DNA from: Promethearchaeota archaeon
GTDB taxonomy: Archaea; Asgardarchaeota; Lokiarchaeia; Sigyniarchaeales; SOKP01
DNA: 56,616 nucleotides
Assembly (NCBI GenBank): GCA_016930515.1
Contig: JAFGGO010000173.1
Coordinates: 1-56,616, forward strand
Reading direction: 5' to 3'
The notes below the pieces were generated by a model. It worked only from the letters and a program-made list of their open reading frames with translations. It searched no databases and had not been told where the DNA came from. The translations under genes and the position numbers were made by a program. Below, piece after piece: positions 10,334-20,034 of the stretch (its first letter is position 1; every line of letters begins with the position of its first letter).

Positions 10334-10558
10334 CTCATAATGAAATATTCTAATTAATAAATATCAACTTTTCCTAATAAATATTTATGTTTAGGAATAT
10401 AAGAAGATTGCATGGTAAATGTAAGGATTTAATTGGTTAAATCCGTTTAAATTATATTATCTCTTCGATTTCTGCTGAGAGTTCTTAAAAACTAATATTC
10501 TTTTTATACGCGCAAAAATTTTATAACATGTATTTACAAAACTCTGAGATGATTTACG

Positions 10559-12232
10559 ATTTTTGAAGAAGAAAATTACAACGAATACACCGATTTTTTG
10601 GACGGATTACGAGATACCGTGAGATATATTAAAGGTATCGAAGATTCAAGCGAACAAAAGAAAAGCGTGCAAAAAATTATCTCTGATGTCATTTCATTTT
10701 CGAAAGAAATTCAACTTTCAGGAGATTTATTTGATTCGGGAGAATTTCTTTATTGGGCGGCTGAAATAGTCGAAAATATTGATCACTCTCTAGCAATCAA
10801 GCTATACAAGCAAAATATTAAAGTATGGGAAAAACAAATAGAAGAATTTCACCTTCAAGCTAAACTTCACGAGATCGCCGAAATTTACTTAAAAATTGCT
10901 GAAATATACAGGAAAAAGTTTAAGGACTTCAACCTTGAAAAGGAAGCTATTCTCAAGAGCGTTGAATATTTAATTCAGGAAAGTAAACTCCAGATAGACT
11001 TTAACGAAATTAGGAAGCTCGCTCATTCGTACGAAAATATCGCCGAATTGTACATGAAATTATTTGATTATAAAAAAGCGATTAATTACTATTCAATGGT
11101 CATAGAAATCGCCAAACAAAACGATTATTTCGATCTCCTCTCGTTTTCTTACCAGCAAATCGGGTCCTGTTTCGAAGCTTTAGACGATTACGATAATTCA
11201 AAAAAAATCCTTATAGAAGGAATTGAATATTTTACAACTCTATTCAAGCAATTTGAAAAAAACAACGATCAACTTGCGTTATCTCAGATCTCTCAAATTT
11301 TAAAATCCATGCATGAGATTGCAAATAACGAAAAGCAATACGTGTTTTATCTCAAAAAGGAAGCGGGCGCTTATATAAACTTGGCAGAATCGCTCGAAAA
11401 GAACGATGCGAACTTCCAAAAAATCGCCCAATATTATCGAGGTGCTGCTCTCTGTTACAAGGATTTAGAAGACAATTGGATTGAATCCGCTTCCTGCTTT
11501 GCGCTTGCGGGCAATTATTCAGAGAAAAACGATGACTTTGATAGCGCTGCCACCAATTACTTTAATGCAGGAGAATTATTTAGGATCCTTGGAAATCTAG
11601 ACAGGGCTTATAAGTATTATGTTCGAGCAGGAAGCAATTACTGGGATTTAGGCGATGCCAATCTTGCAACCGAGTGTTTTCTCGCTGCCTATGACATCGA
11701 TCTGGAAGGAGGGCTCGATGTGGATCGCATCGATGTCTTCAATAGAATCGTATCTGGATTAAATAAGATAGCAGAAGACGGCTTAAAAGATGAGCAGTTC
11801 TTTATGGCTGCAGCCCTCATCCTTGAAGGCGTCAAATTCTACGAAAAACTCGACGATGCCGACGATATGGTTCTCAGGGACATGGTGAGAAATGTGTTTA
11901 AGTATTATTATAGAGCGGCTAACTTGAAACAAGTCGGATTTTCTCACATCGTTCACTCCTATGTGATAGCTTCCCTTTCAAGCATTTTAATCGGAAATTC
12001 CAAGAGAGCGAAAAGAATAATGTCTGAAATCGAATCTCAAGGCTATACGGTGGGAAAATATAAGAAAATCGTTGAAATGATCATTTCCTGGCTTGCTGAG
12101 GGGAAAGAAATCGTATTGGAAAACTTTCCATATCGCTACAAGCGCTTGATGAGTGTGTCCGAAGATATTCTCTATCTTCTCAAGTTATTCAAGAACGAAA
12201 AGCTATATCGACGAACACCAAAATCGCGTTAG
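10559..12232 (+). CDS. TPR / alpha-SNAP-like helical repeat protein
   Basis: Repeated A..Y..AA..Y helical hairpins (IAQYYRGAALCY..SAATNYFNAGELF). The frame stays open upstream of TTG 10598 to ATT 10559. Confidence 0.75.
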   Translation: MFEEENYNEYTDFLDGLRDTVRYIKGIEDSSEQKKSVQKIISDVISFSKEIQLSGDLFDSGEFLYWAAEIVENIDHSLAIKLYKQNIKVWEKQIEEFHLQAKLHEIAEIYLKIAEIYRKKFKDFNLEKEAILKSVEYLIQESKLQIDFNEIRKLAHSYENIAELYMKLFDYKKAINYYSMVIEIAKQNDYFDLLSFSYQQIGSCFEALDDYDNSKKILIEGIEYFTTLFKQFEKNNDQLALSQISQILKSMHEIANNEKQYVFYLKKEAGAYINLAESLEKNDANFQKIAQYYRGAALCYKDLEDNWIESASCFALAGNYSEKNDDFDSAATNYFNAGELFRILGNLDRAYKYYVRAGSNYWDLGDANLATECFLAAYDIDLEGGLDVDRIDVFNRIVSGLNKIAEDGLKDEQFFMAAALILEGVKFYEKLDDADDMVLRDMVRNVFKYYYRAANLKQVGFSHIVHSYVIASLSSILIGNSKRAKRIMSEIESQGYTVGKYKKIVEMIISWLAEGKEIVLENFPYRYKRLMSVSEDILYLLKLFKNEKLYRRTPKSR

Positions 12233-12237
12233 ACATC

Positions 12238-12906
12238 ATGAAAATGGGCGGCAATCCACGAAAAATCCTAGTATGTTTCGATTTAGACTTCACGCTTATC
12301 GATAACAAGGAGGGGATCATTAATTCATTTAATCACGCTTTAAAAAGGCACGATCTTCGAAAAATTTCAAGCGATAAAGTGGAGAGAATGATAGGACTTC
12401 CTTTAAACCAAATGTTTGAATCCGTTACCAATTACGATTCTTCTACGCTTTGTAGAGATTTTCGGGATTACTATGGAGCGAAAGGAATATACCAAGTTAA
12501 ATTGTTTTCAGGAGTCAAGGAGATGTTGTTGGCCCTAAAGAAGAATTCTATCAGGTTAGGAATTATAACATCAAAAAAGCAAGAAATGGCTCAAAAATTG
12601 TTAAAATACTTAAATCTAAGCCCGATTTTTGATTTTATCATCGGTGAAAGCGAGATAATTAAAAGCAAATCGAATCCTAAGATAAAAACAAGTCTTATTA
12701 AAGATTATCCCGAATACAAATTTGTTGTAGTGGGAGATCACCCGAACGATGGAAATCTTTCTAATTTGTTAAAATGTTCTTTTATTGGCGTCTTGACAGG
12801 ACAACACTCAACGAAAGACTTGGAAAATAGTTCTAATCAGAATTCCCGGATACTCGAAAATGCAAGCGATATTACTCCTGATTTGATATACTCAATGTTA
12901 AAGTAA
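12238..12906 (+). CDS. HAD-family phosphatase (Gph-like)
   Basis: FDLDFTL, ITSK and VGDHPND motifs. Confidence 0.9.
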   Translation: MKMGGNPRKILVCFDLDFTLIDNKEGIINSFNHALKRHDLRKISSDKVERMIGLPLNQMFESVTNYDSSTLCRDFRDYYGAKGIYQVKLFSGVKEMLLALKKNSIRLGIITSKKQEMAQKLLKYLNLSPIFDFIIGESEIIKSKSNPKIKTSLIKDYPEYKFVVVGDHPNDGNLSNLLKCSFIGVLTGQHSTKDLENSSNQNSRILENASDITPDLIYSMLK

Positions 12907-13140
12907 ATATTGGATATAAATGACTGTCGTTCATTAAGATCCCAATTCTCTAAAAAAATATGCATAACACCCCAAATTTCAATAATTCAAGAATATTTTT
13001 TTGTCAAATAAATTTAATATTTAAAAGCTATGATTCTTATCCTCGAGGCTTCTAGATGCCTTATGAATGAATTTTGCTCCATTTCCACTTGTGATCCTCT
13101 CTGAAAGGGCAAAGCTTTTTAAAGATTGAAGATGAATTTG

Positions 13141-13186
13141 TTTATTAATGTTTTTAAAATCCGCGGATTTTAAATACGTTAGTAAA
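13141..13186 (+). promoter_or_regulatory. Long palindrome / 5'-leader hairpin upstream of the liv-type operon
   Basis: Perfect 22-bp palindrome TTTAAAATCCGCGGATTTTAAA (13153-13174), extended by G-U pairs on the + strand; about 18 nt after TTTTTAAA at 13116-13123. Confidence 0.6.
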
Positions 13187-13242
13187 AATGTTTAATGTTA
13201 ACAATATAACATAAAAATACCAATAAAAAGGTAAAAAAAACT

Positions 13243-14769
13243 ATGGAAAGAAATGCAAAAAGAATTTTAGCAATCGTCATCATTGCCGCCATAGCCACTG
13301 CAGGTATAGTAGGTGCGATCTTCCTTTTACAAGGTGGAACAACAAGTTACTATACAACCCCTGGTGTAACTGGTGTTCCTGACAGTCGATTGATCAAGGT
13401 TGGAGTTATCGGTCCTATGACGGATATTCAAGGAGAAAACGAATGGAACGGGGCTTGGTTGAAAGCTTACGAAATCAATCAAGCTGGTGGTGTTGACATC
13501 AATGGTACTACCTATTATGTAGGAATAACCAAAGAAGATACCAAGGAATCTGCAACTGAACCTTCGGACGATGTAGCAAAAGCCGCAGTAAACAGGTTAT
13601 TGAACATAAAAAAGGCTGAATATATTGTAGGTGGTTTCAGAACTGAATCAGTCCAGAGTTACATGAAAAATGTCATGGATGCTAAGAAACTCTTCTTAGG
13701 AACGGGAAGCGCTGATTATTCATTATGCGCCCTAGTTGACATTCCTGCTGCTGGCGTTACAGCCAATCCAAATATGGCTAAATACTTCTTCAGGTTAATG
13801 CCCCATAACTCTATTGATCTAGCGTACGATATATTGAATTTTATGAAGTACCTGTGTTTAGGTGGAATAAATGCCACAGCTTACACTTCATATAACGGAA
13901 CCGCTGGTTATGGTGATCTAGAATCTGCTGGTGGTATGGCAATAAGCAATGTTGTCGTTGCTTACGAACCTTACACTTGGACGGCCGGCATGGTTGCTTT
14001 CTTAAATGCAGCCTTGAACGCAACGCTTACTGCCTACGGTCATCCTTTAAGCGTGTATCAACCATACCAGCTCTCGAGTACCGCAGATTGGCAAACTCAA
14101 ATGTCCGATATTATGGCCTACAAGCCTCAAATCGTCATTCCGATCTTATCGGCAGCAATGTCGGCTCCATTCTTAGCTGCATATCAAGGCATTGCCTCGG
14201 GATCCGCTCGACCATTGCTTGCGGGAATCGATGTTGCGAGTTCTATGAGCACATACTGGACCACGGTTAATGGAGATTGCGATCTTGAAATTTTCACAGG
14301 CTCAAGCGCTGGATTAAATACATCTGTTACAGCTCTATCACAGCCATTCTGCACGGCGTACGCCGAAAGATTTGGTTATTGGCCTTTATATACTGCGACT
14401 GGTGCTTACGACGCTGTTGCAGTGATTTGTGAGGCAATAAAAGAATCTGGTGGACAGATGGATTCTGACGCGTTAGTTGCCCAAATGGAAACTTGGACTA
14501 AAGCTGATCCTCTCGTGAACAAGACCGCCGCTTCACCGTCTCTTGCGTGGTTCGATGGAAGGTATCATACCAATATGCACGAAGTAGCTACGAACGATTT
14601 AACATTGGGTGAAACCGCATTTTATTCGTCGTTCATTGGACAATGGCAAGACGAAGAAATGAAATGCATCTATGCAGGTGCCTTTGGTGTTAGCAATCCT
14701 ACGTTATTAACTGGAGTGCTTCAATTACCTACTGCAGGAATGTATGGAACGCCAGCTCATCCATTATAA
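13243..14769 (+). CDS. Membrane-anchored substrate-binding protein of a Liv-type (HAAT) ABC transporter
   Basis: N-terminal TM helix, IKVGVIGP, EINQAGG, GGFRTE, AYDAV; first gene of the operon. Confidence 0.88.
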   Translation: MERNAKRILAIVIIAAIATAGIVGAIFLLQGGTTSYYTTPGVTGVPDSRLIKVGVIGPMTDIQGENEWNGAWLKAYEINQAGGVDINGTTYYVGITKEDTKESATEPSDDVAKAAVNRLLNIKKAEYIVGGFRTESVQSYMKNVMDAKKLFLGTGSADYSLCALVDIPAAGVTANPNMAKYFFRLMPHNSIDLAYDILNFMKYLCLGGINATAYTSYNGTAGYGDLESAGGMAISNVVVAYEPYTWTAGMVAFLNAALNATLTAYGHPLSVYQPYQLSSTADWQTQMSDIMAYKPQIVIPILSAAMSAPFLAAYQGIASGSARPLLAGIDVASSMSTYWTTVNGDCDLEIFTGSSAGLNTSVTALSQPFCTAYAERFGYWPLYTATGAYDAVAVICEAIKESGGQMDSDALVAQMETWTKADPLVNKTAASPSLAWFDGRYHTNMHEVATNDLTLGETAFYSSFIGQWQDEEMKCIYAGAFGVSNPTLLTGVLQLPTAGMYGTPAHPL

Positions 14770-14889
14770 TCGAAAGTATCAAACAATAAGATTTATTAAA
14801 CATTTTTTTTTTTATTATTCATTCTTAAATTTTTAAGATGTAATAAGATTTAACAAAGAATATGAGATTAAATGAGAGTATGATAAAAA

Positions 14890-15780
14890 ATGGTTAATCC
14901 ACTATCATATATTTTAGTTACGGGAACTATTGAAGGTACGATAACAGCCTTAATTGCGATGGGATTTTCCTTGGTCTATGGTGTTGGTGGTATATTAAAT
15001 CAGTCACATGGTGTTTTTTATATGTTCATAGGATTCATGACTTTTTACTTTCTTTCAATACTAGGCACCAGTTCCTATTTTCTTGCAGCAATTATTGCGA
15101 TAATAGTAGTTGCAATTATAAGTGCGCTCATGTATTATGGTTTGATAAAACCAGTTCAAGATAACATGATAAGCGTATTAATCATTACGCTTGCTATAGC
15201 AATAATTCTTGAAGAATTAATTGGGATCATTTGGGGAACTGAAGCTGTCGGACTTCCAATTCTGCAACAAATTTTCACTGATATAAATCGGACCGAGCCA
15301 ATATGGGATGAAACCGTGCCCACTCAGGTAATTACGGCGTTTTGGGTGTCAATGATAACGATCATAATAACAATAATAGCCATAAAAAAGCTTAAAATTG
15401 GACAATCTATCAGAGCAGTTTCTCAAGATCGGGAAGCGGCTGAATTGATGGGTATTAATTCTAATTGGATATTGTGTGTTACATTAATGTTATCAATGAT
15501 CCTTGCGGGTATTGCAGCTATCCTTTATCTTCCAAATAGACCGATGGAATACAACCATGGAATGTCTATTTTGATACTTGCCTTTGCTATAGTAGTTATT
15601 GGTGGGTTGGGTAGCTTACCGGGTAGCGTGGTTGGAGCTTTTGTTTTGTCCTTTGCAACAAAAATTTACGAAAAGGCTGTACCACAATTTGATTTTCTAT
15701 CTTCCTTTGTTCCAACTGTCGTTATAATAATCATCCTTCTATTGAGACCACAAGGTCTTTTTGGAGAAAAGGAGGATTAA
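14890..15780 (+). CDS. livH: Liv-type ABC permease
   Basis: ALIAMGFSLVYGV, GQSIRAVSQDREAAELMGIN, IGGLGS, RPQGLFG. Confidence 0.9.
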   Translation: MVNPLSYILVTGTIEGTITALIAMGFSLVYGVGGILNQSHGVFYMFIGFMTFYFLSILGTSSYFLAAIIAIIVVAIISALMYYGLIKPVQDNMISVLIITLAIAIILEELIGIIWGTEAVGLPILQQIFTDINRTEPIWDETVPTQVITAFWVSMITIIITIIAIKKLKIGQSIRAVSQDREAAELMGINSNWILCVTLMLSMILAGIAAILYLPNRPMEYNHGMSILILAFAIVVIGGLGSLPGSVVGAFVLSFATKIYEKAVPQFDFLSSFVPTVVIIIILLLRPQGLFGEKED

Positions 15781-15806
15781 GAATAAAATAATACAAAAAG
15801 AATCAA

Positions 15807-16907
15807 ATGGTGTTTGAAAAATTGAGTAGAATAAAAAGAACTTTCTCTATGCTATCAAAAAACGCAAGTAATGCAAAAACTAAGATTTTATCGTTTAAGG
15901 GAGGACTGACAATATTATGTTTAATAATTTTCATCGTTTATCCATTAATCGTGCAAGCCATGACCTCTACTGAAGGTGAATTATATACCTATCTTGACAT
16001 ATTCATATTAGCTATGTTATATGCAATTCTAGGTGCAAGCTGGGACCTTCTTGCGGGAATTACTGGATTATTTAGCTTCGGACAAGCCGTTTTCTTCGGA
16101 TTATCGGGCTACATACTTGCATACGGTGTAGTTTCTTGGGGATTCAGTTCGGTTTTCTCTTTAATACTTGGGATTCTCGTTGCTGTACTATTTGGTCTAT
16201 TGATTGGAGCTGTGTGCTTGAGATTAAAAGGGCCTTACTTGGCATTAACTCTCTTAGCGTTAAGTATTGTTTTATACAGGTTATTCGCTGAATCTGAACC
16301 TATAATAAAAGATATCTTTAAAGGAACCGCTGGGTTTCCTGCCGTCGAGCACTTGTTCGATAGTGTCATGTTAGTATACTTCACATACTATATAATTATG
16401 ATTGCTTCCATTGCAATAATGAAAATACTAGCAGAGTCTAAATTTGGAACCGTTTTAAAAGCTATTCGAGACGACAATGTAGGTGCGGAAGCTTCTGGAA
16501 TAAACTTATCAAAATATAAGATAATCATCTTTGCAATATCCGCCTTATTTGCGGGACTTGCTGGTGGTCTTTGGGTGATGCATGTCGGTAGCGTTAAGCC
16601 CGAGAATTTCGGGACTAAGTTTTCCTTTTTTCCAATAATGTTTGCTGCTGTTGGTGGTTTGAGCTCTATTTCTGGTGCTGTATTGGGTGCTTTTCTATAT
16701 CAAATTATAGATGCGATTTTCACATATGGAATCAACTACCTACCAGGAATAACAGAGATTCCATTTGTATCTGATGTCTTGGCAGTAGGGTCAGTATTAA
16801 TATTTGCCATCCTTTTGGTGATTATAATAAGATGGGCTCCTAACGGAATTCTCAACCCGGCCATCGAAAAACTCAGATTAGCTTATGAATTAATCAAAGG
16901 AAACTAA
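15807..16907 (+). CDS. livM: Liv-type ABC permease
   Basis: SWDLLAGITGLFSFGQ, LRLKGPYLA, AIRDDNVGAEASGIN, PNGI. Confidence 0.9.
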   Translation: MVFEKLSRIKRTFSMLSKNASNAKTKILSFKGGLTILCLIIFIVYPLIVQAMTSTEGELYTYLDIFILAMLYAILGASWDLLAGITGLFSFGQAVFFGLSGYILAYGVVSWGFSSVFSLILGILVAVLFGLLIGAVCLRLKGPYLALTLLALSIVLYRLFAESEPIIKDIFKGTAGFPAVEHLFDSVMLVYFTYYIIMIASIAIMKILAESKFGTVLKAIRDDNVGAEASGINLSKYKIIIFAISALFAGLAGGLWVMHVGSVKPENFGTKFSFFPIMFAAVGGLSSISGAVLGAFLYQIIDAIFTYGINYLPGITEIPFVSDVLAVGSVLIFAILLVIIIRWAPNGILNPAIEKLRLAYELIKGN

Positions 16908-16928
16908 ACGAAAAGGTGCGAAAAAGAA

Positions 16929-17684
16929 ATGGGAAAAATTATAGAAGTAAAAAATATTACGAAAAAATTTGGTGGTCTCACAGCGGTTAACGATGTAAGT
17001 TTTGAAATTCAACGAGGAGAAATGGTTGGTTTAATTGGACCAAACGGTGCGGGAAAAACGACATTATTTAGCATGATTTCCTGCTTCGAAAAACCATCGT
17101 CGGGATCGATTTATTACGATGGAATCAACATTACTAGTAAAAAACCATATAAAGTGGTAAATTTGGGGCTTACTCGGACCTTTCAATTGGTTAGATCCTT
17201 TAAATATCTCTCCTTGTTAGATAATGTCTCTGTATCGTGCCTTTCAAAGCGAGGCAAGAAGGCGGCGAAAGAAGTAGGAGTACAGGAACAAGCTAGTCTT
17301 ATCTTGACCGATGTCGGATTGATCGATAAAGCAAGGATACCTCCGATCATATTACCACACGGAGACCTACGAAAATTGGAGATAGGAAAAGCCTTAGGAA
17401 GTAATCCTGAAGTATTACTTCTTGACGAACCATTTAGTGGGCTTTCTCAAGAAGAAAAAGATAGTCTCAAGGAACTAATTGTAAGACTTAACAATGATGG
17501 TGTTACGGTCTTTATGACTGGACATGTCTTGCGAGAATTAATGACTCTCGTTCCGAGAGTAATTGCAATGCATAGAGGAAAGCTTATTGCTGAAGGGCAT
17601 CCGGCAGATGTTGCAAATCACAAATTTGTTAGAGAAGCATACTTGGGTAAAGGTGAGACATTTATTGAAGAAAAGAAGAATTAA
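16929..17684 (+). CDS. livG: Liv-type ABC ATP-binding protein
   Basis: FGGLTAV, GPNGAGKTT, RTFQ, LLLDEP, VREAYLG. Confidence 0.92.
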   Translation: MGKIIEVKNITKKFGGLTAVNDVSFEIQRGEMVGLIGPNGAGKTTLFSMISCFEKPSSGSIYYDGINITSKKPYKVVNLGLTRTFQLVRSFKYLSLLDNVSVSCLSKRGKKAAKEVGVQEQASLILTDVGLIDKARIPPIILPHGDLRKLEIGKALGSNPEVLLLDEPFSGLSQEEKDSLKELIVRLNNDGVTVFMTGHVLRELMTLVPRVIAMHRGKLIAEGHPADVANHKFVREAYLGKGETFIEEKKN

Positions 17685-17710
17685 TAATTATTATCAAAAA
17701 ATAAGGAGTA

Positions 17711-18454
17711 GTGTATAAAACAATGAGTATGAAAAAAAGTGGCGATATTCTTCTTGAAGTAAAACGAGTGTTTCATTATTATGGTAAGGCAAAATCTCTC
17801 GAAGAAGTAAATTTAGAAGTTGAGGAGGGAAAATTAACCGCCGTGATTGGACCGAACGGTGCGGGAAAATCAACTCTTCTCAAGATAATATCTGGTTTGG
17901 AAGAACCCGATAGAGGAAAGGTGATATTTCAGGGAAAGAGAATTGATGGGATGAAAGCTCATAAAATAACGAAACTTGGTATTACGCAATGCCCCGAAAG
18001 AAGAAGATTGTTTCCTGATATGACCGTTTTGGAAAACCTAATGATGGGAGCCTATACGCTTAAAGATCGAAGTGCAAAACACGAGCAGTTAGAACTTGTC
18101 TATGATATGTTCCCCAGGCTTAAAGAACGAAAAAAACAACAAGCAGGAAAAATGAGTGGTGGAGAACAGCAGATGGTAGCAATTGGTCGCGCGATAATGC
18201 CAAGACCTAAATTATTGTTATTGGACGAGCCTTCCTTAGGATTAGCACCAAAGATCAAGTTCGAAATTTTTGACGCAATTGAACGGGTGAAAGCAATGGG
18301 TACAACGACATTACTTATCGAACAAGACGCTGCCTTGACAATGAAACACGCAGATATGATTTGCGTGCTTGAAGAGGGAAAGGTTGAAATGAGAGGTACT
18401 CCCGAGCAACTTTCAAGGGAACCACGAATTAAAAAAGCATACTTGGGGATTTAA
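17711..18454 (+). CDS. livF: Liv-type ABC ATP-binding protein
   Basis: GPNGAGKST, PERRRLF, FPRLKER, MSGGEQQM, DEPSLGLAP, IEQD; the start may be ATG 17723. Confidence 0.92.
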   Translation: MYKTMSMKKSGDILLEVKRVFHYYGKAKSLEEVNLEVEEGKLTAVIGPNGAGKSTLLKIISGLEEPDRGKVIFQGKRIDGMKAHKITKLGITQCPERRRLFPDMTVLENLMMGAYTLKDRSAKHEQLELVYDMFPRLKERKKQQAGKMSGGEQQMVAIGRAIMPRPKLLLLDEPSLGLAPKIKFEIFDAIERVKAMGTTTLLIEQDAALTMKHADMICVLEEGKVEMRGTPEQLSREPRIKKAYLGI

Positions 18455-18458
18455 CGAG

Positions 18459-19940
18459 GTGAAAAAAATGTCGGCACCATTAGAAAACTTGTTACGAGAC
18501 GCAAGATTGGATCTTATCATGCAAAGAATCGAAAACGATTCAACCGTTATAGGAGAAGTAATAACGCAATTGGATAGCACAATAAGATCCGTGCGATTTA
18601 ACGCAATCTTGATTTTAGGAAAGTTAGGAGCCCAAGCTTCGTCTGCGCTCGCAAAATTAACGGCGTGTTTGGAAGATAACGATTTTGGAATTTGCAGGGA
18701 AACGATAAAATCAATTGGATCTATGGGTAATATTGCGGAATCGGCTGTTTCGGGTTTATGCAAGCACATGACGCATAAACAAGCAGCAATCCGCAGAGAA
18801 GTTGCAGTCTCTCTTGGAAACATTGGATATGCTTCTGATATGGCATTGTCAACCCTATTAAGTGCATTAAATGATCCCGTGGAAGAAGTACGTAAAGAGG
18901 CTGCGGAAGCCTTAGGGAAGATCAAATCCTCTTCAACACAAGTACTTGAAGGTTTAGCAACGAGTTTATCAGACAATAATTGGAGAGTTAGAGCGTCAAC
19001 GGCAACCTCGCTTGGACTTATTAATTCCACGGATTATGATACAATTGGAAGATTAATTTTCCGATTTGAGGATTCTGATTGGAGGGTTCGTGCAAAAATA
19101 ATAGATGCCCTAATATCTTTTGGAGAAAGAGCTGTACCACAATTATTGGACGCATTAAAAAGTAAGAAATTTCTTGTAAGAAAAGCCGTAATAGAAGCAA
19201 TCGGAGAAATCAAACCCCAAAGCAACGATGCAATAGATTCTCTCGCTCCATTCTTAATACACAGAAAGGAGGTCTTAAGAGTGAAAAGCATTGATTCGCT
19301 CTGTAATATTGGGATTCTCTCGATTCCAAAATTATTATGGGCTTTAACTAAATCTAGTAATAAAAAACGCGCAGTGATAATTTCTTATATCGGCGGTATC
19401 AAGGTATCTTTAAAAGATATAATACCTGATATCGTAAAAACCCTCGGAGAACTCAATGTCTTGTCAACCAGAATTTTAGTAGCAAAAAAACCTGCTGGAA
19501 AAATGACCTTTGGGAAAAAAGTTGGTTTTGCTTGGAGGAGAATGTGGTCCTCTGTTAAAGCTGCTCTAACAGAAGCAGGTAAAACGACTGTGAGAGTTGA
19601 GCTTTGTAGAACTCTTGGTAAAATTGGAAAGGACTCCACATTGGCTATTAATGTACTTTCTGAAAAATTATTAGATAACAAGGATATTGTCAGGCGATCA
19701 GCAGCCTTATCTTTAGGAAACCTTGGAAAGGAATCCATAAATGCTGTTCCTAATCTGGTAGAGTTATGTCAAGATCACAAGGCAGATGTTCGATGGAGGG
19801 CATCTGAAGCTTTAGGAAGGATCGGTGAGGGCACACCTCAAGTAATTTCTGCTTTAGAAGAATTATTATACGACAAGGCTGATCATGTTTCTGCACAAGC
19901 AGAATTTTCGCTCGAACAAATTAAAGAAATTCAATCATAA
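18459..19940 (+). CDS. HEAT/PBS-lyase-like repeat protein
   Basis: Many L.D....VR..AA.ALG.I repeats; starts 4 nt after livF. Confidence 0.88.
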   Translation: MKKMSAPLENLLRDARLDLIMQRIENDSTVIGEVITQLDSTIRSVRFNAILILGKLGAQASSALAKLTACLEDNDFGICRETIKSIGSMGNIAESAVSGLCKHMTHKQAAIRREVAVSLGNIGYASDMALSTLLSALNDPVEEVRKEAAEALGKIKSSSTQVLEGLATSLSDNNWRVRASTATSLGLINSTDYDTIGRLIFRFEDSDWRVRAKIIDALISFGERAVPQLLDALKSKKFLVRKAVIEAIGEIKPQSNDAIDSLAPFLIHRKEVLRVKSIDSLCNIGILSIPKLLWALTKSSNKKRAVIISYIGGIKVSLKDIIPDIVKTLGELNVLSTRILVAKKPAGKMTFGKKVGFAWRRMWSSVKAALTEAGKTTVRVELCRTLGKIGKDSTLAINVLSEKLLDNKDIVRRSAALSLGNLGKESINAVPNLVELCQDHKADVRWRASEALGRIGEGTPQVISALEELLYDKADHVSAQAEFSLEQIKEIQS

Positions 19941-20034
19941 CTTTTTTTTTTCTTCTTAATTTATTTTACTTGTTATATTTTATTTTATATTCTATAAAAT
20001 TAAATTATAAAAATAGAAATGGGTAAGAAAAAAT

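Noticed and set aside
13027-13105. Possible C/D box sRNA (ATGA..TGAATGA..CTGA)
   Set aside because: Boxes are degenerate, spacing is too long and no convincing guide of 10 nt or more was recognised.
18413-19030. 205-aa antisense ORF and similar shadow ORFs (e.g. 8514-8948, 23150-23572, 34606-35145, 47506-47928)
   Set aside because: They lie essentially antisense to well-supported genes and carry no recognisable motifs.
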